From Diplonema japonicum (Eukaryota; Protista; Euglenozoa: Diplonemea): a DNA stretch of 64,000 nt. The stretch's first letter is position 1; each line of letters opens with the position of its first letter. The stretch covers positions 186,001 through 250,000 of the forward strand of contig OZ025704.1 in NCBI GenBank assembly GCA_964019335.1, read 5' to 3'. Positions 56,698 to 64,000 of this stretch are shown in pieces. Under the pieces are notes generated by a model that did not search any database, had not been told where the DNA came from, and saw only the letters and a list, made by a program, of their open reading frames with translations. The position numbers and the translations under genes were made by a program.

Positions 56698-59600
56698 ATG
56701 CCATCGGGATGGCACATGCCAAATGTGAGCCCCCCCGTTCGGGGGGTGGCCTTTCGTACGGACCCCGGTCCCGGGTCCGGGTCGGACGACGGGTGGGCTG
56801 ATCCTTCGATTTTCAAAGACGTTCCAGATGAGGTGAGGCAGGTCAGTTCATCGATGCACAGCCTGACGCAGCCCAGCTTCAGGAGGGCCTCGGGGGGGAG
56901 CAACACAGGAGCGCAGATTGCTGGGAGTGTACAACCGGGATTTAATTATATCAACGAGCGGGCCCTCTCGCCGGTCCGCAGGGTCATGGTGTCTGACGGC
57001 CCACCCCGTGTGGTGAGCTTCACACCCAACGAACAAGACGTAGCTTCCTTCACGTCCCTTGCCAGTGTAGAGGAGCCGAGGGAACCTCCCATGCCCGTGC
57101 AGCAGGAGGAGAATAAGCCACTCAGAACACCGACCATGACCCCCACGCTTGAAGTGACGCAAGCCGTCGACATCGACAGTATCATCAGGACAGTGACGAA
57201 TGACATGGCAGCAAGGCTCTCCATTCTGTCTGTCGGACTGAGCGCTGAAGTGAAGGAAGATGTTTGGCGGGACTTGAAAGACAAGATCAAAGCTTTGGAG
57301 AGGAGGGCAACGCTTGACATGCCTGACTACCAGGCTGCCATCGACGATTTGCAGCGCGATCTTGTGCAGCATGGCGATGTGATCCGTGGGATGGGTGCCT
57401 CTGTCACTGACCACGGTGGCCACATTGACGAAATGCGCGGCACACTTCAGCAACACACCTCAGCCATGCAGGAAATCGGATCCTCTTTCTCGGGTGCCAA
57501 CGAACGCTTCGAGGAGCTCCGCAACCACCTAACCTCGGCGTCGGACCGCCTGCAAGAGCTCCACAGCGACATAGTGCAACAAGGCGCTGACCTTTCAGAT
57601 CAGAAAATGCACATTAGCGATCACCACAGCAGCCTACAGCAACACGATGCCACCCTCATAGATATGGTTGCAGCAGCAGCGACCCAGCAGACACACATGG
57701 ACGAGCTGCGTAGTAACCTGCAGCAACACGACGACGCCATACGCGGGATGGGTGCTTCCTTCTCCGAGAGTCTTGACGATCTCCGTAGGCGACTTGAGCA
57801 AGCTGGTGACAGGTACAACAACACGACCATTCTCGAGGACCGTGTGTCGGAGATGGAAGTATTGCTGCAGGGCATCAGGGCGAACAGCGAGGATGACAGC
57901 GTGATGGACGGCTTCAGGAACGCCATCGATGACCTGATGGGGAGAGCCATACGGGGGAATCATGAAATGGGTACGCTGGCGACACGTTTGACGGACACAG
58001 AGAGCGCACAGAAGGGTTTCCTTTCGAAGCAAGTGTTTGAGGAAGGAATGGGAACCTTGAAGCGCACGCAGCAGATGGCCGACGAGAGGCAGACTCGTCT
58101 CGTTGAACGGCTTGCTCATCTCGAATCGGTTCGCAGGCCGTCGCTGCCACAGGTGCCCGTGCAGAACGAGAACTTCATGGCCCTCTTCGACGAATTGACG
58201 ATGAAGCAGAACGCAATGGAGCGCAAGACGGCAAGGCTCCGACACGGGCATCTCAACCTCGCGGTGCAGCATCTCTTTCGCTCGTCGACTTTCCGGGCAC
58301 GGCAAACGGCATTCTGGAAGTGGGCGAAGTGGAGCCGCCGCCGTGTTGCCAGCACTACCCTCTCTCGCAAATCACGCATTACATTCCTTGCTCGTCCCTT
58401 CCGAGCATTCCAGGAAAACATCCAACACAAAAAACACCTCCGAGCCTTCCACCGCCGTTCCCGCCTCCTCCTTTACATGGGAAACAAAACCAAGCATACT
58501 GTTCTCAGGAAATATCTGGACACCTTAGTGCGCTTCAGAAGTCTCTGCAAAGAGCGGAGGAGGCTGCGCGGCAGACGTGTTGAAGAGCTCAAAAGAAAGA
58601 GCCGCGTGGCGCACCTCAGGCGTGGGTACATGATGTTCGTCCTTAACATGCACGCAAAAAAGAAAGCGGGCAGCCCCAGGAGAGGCTCAGCTCCAGCAGC
58701 AAGGTTGTTGCCTGCCTTGATCAGGCGCAACAGGACCATCCTCATGCGGAAGTACTATAGCAGGCTAACAGTCGCCTACCATGCAAGAATGAAGAGGAAG
58801 CTTGGGAGGAACGCTGTAGCAGGGCTGCGTGTGCGCAATCTCAACGTCTTTAGATTCAGGGTATGGGCCAGGTGGGTGGGGCACACCTTGCGGAACAGAA
58901 GAAAAACACCTCCTGCACTGCCGGCTCCGGTCGTGGTCAGGAAGCACCCGTGGGGCGCCGTGCAGTTTTTGGAGAAGAGCAATAAGAGAAGGTTTGCTGG
59001 GACATGGTGGAACAGGCTCAAAGCGTTTGCAAACACCAAGAAGCAAAATAGGTACCTGGAAGAGGCGATTGTGCGTGCGCACGAGGCGTGGCTGCAGGAC
59101 AGGGCATCTCCCCGCATCACGAACATCGAATCACACGTGTCGGGGATCGCAAGCCATATCCCGAACCACGTGACACGGCTCAACAAGCTGGAAGGCAAGA
59201 TCAACATGCTCCTCTCCGGCGAGGAGCACGGTCTCGAGGCGCACCTGGCTGATCTCCGCGGCCGCTGCGAACATCTCAACACCGAGATGGCCACGCTGCG
59301 CAGCGCTGTTGACGACCTCAAGGGGGCCACCACACTGGCCGACACCACGATCGTGAACGACGTTCTCGCAAGGGTCACAGCGCTGTTCGACTACGTCACC
59401 GACAGGTGCGCGCTGATGGAAGCCGCTTCACAAGCTGCACACACGAAACAGCTGCAAAAAGTGGGGGAAGGCGAGAGGGACATGGAGAGGGAACGAGAAA
59501 AGGAGCGGGAGAGAGAACGAGAACGCGAACGAGAACGAGACAGGGAAAAGGAAAGGGAACGAGAAAGGGAGCGAGAAAGAGAAAAGGAAAGGGAGCGGGC

Positions 59601-60168
59601 AAGGGAAAGGGAAAGCGCCCGCCCGGTGTCGCCGGTGAATATTGTGAGGTCCCCCAGGCATAGCTATGTGTCGCGTGTGTCGCCTTTAAAGCAGCGGCTA
59701 GCAATGATATCACCACTGAAGGGGAGGAGCAGGAGTCCTCGGGCAGGTCCAGTACGATCAGTGGCGGCACTGCGCACAGTGTCGCCTATGGGGCTGCTGA
59801 GCACGAGGACGAAATCACCAAGGACAATGTCGCCAAGGAGGAACAGGACGCTGAGCGTTGTGAGTGACATCGCGCCGATCAGCCCTGTGGCGAGGGAGAG
59901 TAGCAGGGTGTCGCCCAGGAGGGGGTCGCTGGTGCACTCTGCGTACACTGCACAGCAGCCTGCCCCCGTAGCGCACCACCGAAGGGTCTCGCCCCCCAGG
60001 AGGTTCGACATGCGCTCCGAAGCCGTCCAAGACGCCATCAGCACAGCGCGGAACATCATCTCCACTGCCGACCACGGCGACACCATCCAGCACCTCCGCA
60101 ACAGGCAGAAGTCCCGTTCCGAAGCCTTCGACAGTGTCTTGTCTCGCTCAGGCCTTTCCCCGAGATGA
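56698..60168 (+). CDS. Large coiled-coil protein with a basic Sfi1/IQ-like helical region, (RE)n tract and SP-rich tail
   Basis: Long ORF with AFWKWAKW, VWARW and TWWNRL helices, RERERE repeats and many RxSP motifs. Confidence 0.75.
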   Translation: MPSGWHMPNVSPPVRGVAFRTDPGPGSGSDDGWADPSIFKDVPDEVRQVSSSMHSLTQPSFRRASGGSNTGAQIAGSVQPGFNYINERALSPVRRVMVSDGPPRVVSFTPNEQDVASFTSLASVEEPREPPMPVQQEENKPLRTPTMTPTLEVTQAVDIDSIIRTVTNDMAARLSILSVGLSAEVKEDVWRDLKDKIKALERRATLDMPDYQAAIDDLQRDLVQHGDVIRGMGASVTDHGGHIDEMRGTLQQHTSAMQEIGSSFSGANERFEELRNHLTSASDRLQELHSDIVQQGADLSDQKMHISDHHSSLQQHDATLIDMVAAAATQQTHMDELRSNLQQHDDAIRGMGASFSESLDDLRRRLEQAGDRYNNTTILEDRVSEMEVLLQGIRANSEDDSVMDGFRNAIDDLMGRAIRGNHEMGTLATRLTDTESAQKGFLSKQVFEEGMGTLKRTQQMADERQTRLVERLAHLESVRRPSLPQVPVQNENFMALFDELTMKQNAMERKTARLRHGHLNLAVQHLFRSSTFRARQTAFWKWAKWSRRRVASTTLSRKSRITFLARPFRAFQENIQHKKHLRAFHRRSRLLLYMGNKTKHTVLRKYLDTLVRFRSLCKERRRLRGRRVEELKRKSRVAHLRRGYMMFVLNMHAKKKAGSPRRGSAPAARLLPALIRRNRTILMRKYYSRLTVAYHARMKRKLGRNAVAGLRVRNLNVFRFRVWARWVGHTLRNRRKTPPALPAPVVVRKHPWGAVQFLEKSNKRRFAGTWWNRLKAFANTKKQNRYLEEAIVRAHEAWLQDRASPRITNIESHVSGIASHIPNHVTRLNKLEGKINMLLSGEEHGLEAHLADLRGRCEHLNTEMATLRSAVDDLKGATTLADTTIVNDVLARVTALFDYVTDRCALMEAASQAAHTKQLQKVGEGERDMEREREKERERERERERERDREKEREREREREREKERERARERESARPVSPVNIVRSPRHSYVSRVSPLKQRLAMISPLKGRSRSPRAGPVRSVAALRTVSPMGLLSTRTKSPRTMSPRRNRTLSVVSDIAPISPVARESSRVSPRRGSLVHSAYTAQQPAPVAHHRRVSPPRRFDMRSEAVQDAISTARNIISTADHGDTIQHLRNRQKSRSEAFDSVLSRSGLSPR

Positions 60169-60495
60169 GGCAACAAGATATTCTTGAAAGGAAAAAAAAA
60201 AAAAAAGAAATTAGATATGTTTGTTACTGTAGGCTAAAAAGAATGGGTGGGGGTATCTCTCCCTCCCCTTTCTTTTCCTTCTTTTAAAATATCCCCCCCT
60301 CTCACTCCTTTGTTTGTACCATTTTTTAAACCAATTTTAGATTTTTTTTTCCATTTTTGTTTCCCCCTCGTGTCAAAAAAAAGTAATGCCACTCCTGTAC
60401 TTCATTCGTTATTCCCCCCCCCCCCCCCCCCTTCCTCTTCTTTCTTTCATAAAAACAACCCAGGGGAAGGGAAAAAAAAGGGAGAAGAAAAAAGC

Positions 60496-61836
60496 ATGGT
60501 GTTCCCACAATGCAGCAGGAGCAACAGCAGCAGTGATGGGGAAGTGAAACCGCCTGTCGGTGCGGAGGAGGCGATGTGCTGGGGACCGTGCGACGAGAGC
60601 GAAGCCGTGGAGGAGCAACGTGTGTTCCATTGGGATCCGGAGTTCTTCAAAACGTACAGCGGAAACGGAAGGTTCGCACTCCAATCGGTCAACGGCTACA
60701 AGTCGTCCGCGGCACTGAGGTACGGAACACACGGCAAGGCCATCGTGTACATCCTCCCGCTGGGAAGCTGCTGGTCGCACTCATTCTCAATGAACAGCCG
60801 GACGAAGAACTGCAAAAAAGGAGACACCGACCTACCAGTTGTACCCCCACAGCTTGACGTTTTGCGTCGCTATCTGGCCGCATTTTTCTATGGCATACCT
60901 GTTGTTCTGTTGGACCCAGTACCGCTTCCCGCAGGACGGCGTAAATCAGGGACACCCGACACATCGACACCCGAGGTAAGGTCACGCATCAACGAGAACA
61001 ACCCACCCACGAGAAGGGTCCAGAGGTACGCGCCGGACCTGCTGCAATGGATCCGTTTGAAAACCCCGAGCGACACATACTGCGTTCTAGGCGTCACGCA
61101 CCACGATCTTTACAACTCTGCTGCGTACAACCACTGCGTCGGAGCCTCCTCACACGGTGTTGCTATCATATCCTTCGCGAGGTTGGAGCCTGCTTTTTAC
61201 GGCGGGTCTCGAAACACATTCAGCAAGAAGCTGATGAAAACCGAAGCCGACGAGTCGGACGGCACGCAGGGCAACAACGCACGCGGGGAGTACTGGTACC
61301 TTTGGATGCTTAAAAGAGTCTGCAGAGTGTCCTGCCACGAGATTCTTCACAGCCTGGGTATCAAACACTGCAATATCTTCGAGTGTCTAATGAACGCCGA
61401 AGGTGTGCAGGACGTCGACGACATGGGGAAGTCCCTTCTGTGCCCGATCTGCCTTAAAAAATTCCAACACGCGACTAGTATTGATGTGCTGTCGAGGTAC
61501 AAGGCACTGGGAGGTTTTTGCCAGGATTTTCAAATTATCTTCGGTACAGAGGGCTCTTGGATCTGCGGTCGGTTTGAATGGATCGCAAGAGGGATGTCCC
61601 GGGTCAGGCTGCCTATGTTCTCATCCCACCCTGACGGGGCCAGTATCGCTCAGTCCAATAAACACAATGAATCCAGCACACAGGTCATCACAGCCACCGT
61701 ACCGCAACTACGTTCTGCCCCACCACCTGTCGCCGCAAAACATCGCGATCGCCGGCATATCGTGTCGCAACGGTCTGATGGCACTTCGTCGACTACACAT
61801 CGTAACATTTTGTGGTCTTTGCAGTGTTCTTCTTAA
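60496..61836 (+). CDS. Archaemetzincin (peptidase M54, AMZ-like) zinc metalloprotease
   Basis: HEILHSLGIKHC, CLMN Met-turn, LCPICLKK, VLGVTHHDLY. Confidence 0.88.
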   Translation: MVFPQCSRSNSSSDGEVKPPVGAEEAMCWGPCDESEAVEEQRVFHWDPEFFKTYSGNGRFALQSVNGYKSSAALRYGTHGKAIVYILPLGSCWSHSFSMNSRTKNCKKGDTDLPVVPPQLDVLRRYLAAFFYGIPVVLLDPVPLPAGRRKSGTPDTSTPEVRSRINENNPPTRRVQRYAPDLLQWIRLKTPSDTYCVLGVTHHDLYNSAAYNHCVGASSHGVAIISFARLEPAFYGGSRNTFSKKLMKTEADESDGTQGNNARGEYWYLWMLKRVCRVSCHEILHSLGIKHCNIFECLMNAEGVQDVDDMGKSLLCPICLKKFQHATSIDVLSRYKALGGFCQDFQIIFGTEGSWICGRFEWIARGMSRVRLPMFSSHPDGASIAQSNKHNESSTQVITATVPQLRSAPPPVAAKHRDRRHIVSQRSDGTSSTTHRNILWSLQCSS

Positions 61837-62403
61837 GAAGGAGGGGGAGGGGAGAGAAAAAGGAAAAGAAGACTTCCGTCTTTTTTTTTTTTTTTTTCTT
61901 TTTTTTTATAAACCTCTAATTTCTTTCACACTCTTTTACCCTCCCCTTCATGAAAGGAACGCTTCTTCAAAAACGATGCAGCGTTCAGTCATCAGATTCG
62001 CAGAATGCCGTTGGAGTGCTTCATGACTGAGTCGCAGTTCGAGGATGTGTTGCTTCCTTTTGTTGAAAAGATGTGGTGGGGCGGTAAAGTTGCCCAGGTC
62101 ATGGTGATTGCACACAGCCGAGTTGTTTCCGACGATTGCCACATCTGGGCTTTCGGGTGAACTTTATTGCGATTATTTTTTTTTTTTTATAAGGTAAAAG
62201 AATTTCTTGAGTGTTCCCACTTAGGTTGTCTTTTTTTCTTTTTCTTTTTTTTTTTTTTTTCTCTCGATCGTTGCTACAACACAATTTTGTTTTCCTTCTT
62301 CTTTTTTTTTTTTTTTTTTTCTTCTAAACCAACTTCGCCAAAAGGTACACACTTCAAAAAAAAAAAAAAAAAAGACTTTAAAAAAAAAGAGAGGGAAAAA
62401 AAA

Positions 62404-63081
62404 ATGTCGTGGGACGAAAGGTACACCGACGTAAGGGCAGAGCTCCGCGCGGCGCAACGGGATGCAGACGCACTGCTAGAGGGTGGGGACGAAGGGCATG
62501 CAGGTGACAAGAAGCGCATGGCAATAAGGAAACACCTGCACGAACTGGAGAGCGTGCTGAGACAGCTGAAGGAAGAGGCGGGGAAGGAGGGGAGGGAAGA
62601 CATAAAAACAGACATGCTCCGCAGACTAGAAACCGTCGCCGATCAAAGACGCGCTATAACCGACAAGCTGGGACAAAAGAAAGAAGGATTGTTCTCAGGC
62701 TTAAAGAAAGCCATGGGCATGGAGGGGGGCAGACGTGCAGACGAGGAAGCCCCTATGTTCGACGATCATGATGATGACGCTCTCCTCCTGATGCAGGACG
62801 ATGGCATCCAGGAGCAGAACGAGAAGCTCTCACGTCTCCATAAGGTGATAGTTCGGCAGAAAGAGGTTGGTCAAGCAATAGGCCAAGAGCTCGACGATCA
62901 AGCAGTTGTTATAGAAAGGCTGGAAGAGGGTGTGACATCCACAACCTCTGCCGTTCGGCAGGAAAACAAACGGATCAAGTCCCTCCTTGACGCATCTTCC
63001 TCCGATTCCCGGCTCACCATCTGCATCTGCCTCCTCCTCGTCATCCTCATAGTGGTCGTTATCTTGGCCATGGAGACATAA
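62404..63081 (+). CDS. Qc-SNARE (syntaxin-8/SYP5-like)
   Basis: N-terminal helical bundle, SNARE motif QEQNEKLSRL..RQKEVGQAIGQELDDQ, and a C-terminal TM anchor. Confidence 0.85.
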   Translation: MSWDERYTDVRAELRAAQRDADALLEGGDEGHAGDKKRMAIRKHLHELESVLRQLKEEAGKEGREDIKTDMLRRLETVADQRRAITDKLGQKKEGLFSGLKKAMGMEGGRRADEEAPMFDDHDDDALLLMQDDGIQEQNEKLSRLHKVIVRQKEVGQAIGQELDDQAVVIERLEEGVTSTTSAVRQENKRIKSLLDASSSDSRLTICICLLLVILIVVVILAMET

Positions 63082-63243
63082 AGAAAATTTCATATAAAAA
63101 AAAAAAAATAAAAATAAAAGAATGTGTGTGTGTGCCATATTTTTTTTGTTTCACATACGGATATAAATTTTTTTTGGGGGGGGGGAGGCAAGTAAATTTT
63201 CACGTAAATCTGACTCGGAAAAAGAAGAAGAAAAACTGTGCTG

Positions 63244-63278
<35 letters not shown>

Positions 63279-63590
63279 GGAAAGAGTTATTTAAAACGTG
63301 TAAAGTTAAATTAAAAAAAAAAATACAGGAGTGGGGAAAAAAAGAAAAGAAAATTTAAAAAAAAAAAGTGTGATTTTTTTTTTTAACTTACGTATTTTAT
63401 CTTCCCTCCCTGGGGGAAGGGGGTGTATGTGTGTGTGTGTTTTTTTTTTTTTTTTGGTGCCAGGTTGACGGATGCAGCCGCAAGGTATGCCGCGCGTGCG
63501 TGAGGCGATGAAACGCAGGAGCATGGAGGGGCGGCGGGGACAGAGGGAACGGAGAGGCAACTCCTGCGAAGCACAGCCGAACAGCTGCTC

Positions 63591-64000
63591 ATGAGATACA
63601 TGCCAGTGGAAGGGGACGGAAATTGCCAGTTCGCTGCAATTGCTAGGGCGCGAGGAGCAGGGAACGCCAGCACAGTACGCGCACAGGCAGCAGAGTACAT
63701 CGCGACGAACCCGGAGTTTTACAAAGAAGCAAGGAAACACTCCCTTTCTCTCAGAAGGATTGAGCATGACGGAGAGTGGGGGGACTACTACACCCTCGGA
63801 GCGGCAGGATGGGCAACCCAGACATGTATCTGGATCCTCCACAAAAAGAGAATGGTGCGAGCCACGAAGCCTGACGGGGCGAAGCAGACGATTATAGTTG
63901 CTTACGATTCCCAGCACTACGACGCTGTACTCGCGCCGCTACACATGATGGATTGGTTGGGCAAGACGGAGGCCACGGTAGTGCAGATGGAGGACCTGCT
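63591..64000 (+). CDS. OTU-family cysteine protease domain (3'-partial; absent from the ORF track)
   Basis: Frame from 63591 reads MRYMPVEGDGNCQFAAIA...GEWGDYYTL...AYDSQHYDAVL, giving the OTU Cys and His boxes. It runs off the window end. Confidence 0.8.
   Translation, partial: MRYMPVEGDGNCQFAAIARARGAGNASTVRAQAAEYIATNPEFYKEARKHSLSLRRIEHDGEWGDYYTLGAAGWATQTCIWILHKKRMVRATKPDGAKQTIIVAYDSQHYDAVLAPLHMMDWLGKTEATVVQMEDL

Overview
Eukaryotic genomic DNA with a euglenozoan, probably diplonemid-like, organisation (taxonomy inferred). About 20 protein-coding genes all lie on the + strand, separated by homopolymer-rich spacers. Many are split by tiny GT-AG introns (mostly 32-58 nt) that are often filled with poly-A, so several six-frame ORFs have false poly-Lys or poly-Phe segments or end early. 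Recognisable genes are AMPK-alpha/SNF1, an exocyst Sec6-like subunit, mago nashi, FolC/FPGS, an NCS-1-like EF-hand protein, a TauD dioxygenase, an archaemetzincin, a Qc-SNARE, a MAPK-like pseudokinase and a bacterial-type ChrR cupin. There is also a ~5,365-aa giant protein (PH, coiled coil with a recurrent W-K-E-V-A-R-R-L-L motif, RanBP2 finger, 2x Mib-Herc2, GAS2/GAR) whose C-terminus is hidden behind four micro-introns. The standout non-coding feature is at 20570-23129. It looks superficially like a CRISPR array but reads as 17 tandem copies of one box C/D snoRNA, each with an invariant 15-nt guide antisense to the conserved SSU rRNA motif AACAGGUCUGUGAUG, plus a divergent 18th unit. Mobile DNA includes three piggyBac-type elements, a Mutator/foldback-like MITE inside an intron, an ~80-90 bp structured dispersed repeat, another MITE, and a strand-asymmetric hairpin with tandem G.A mismatches and a GCGAAGC loop.
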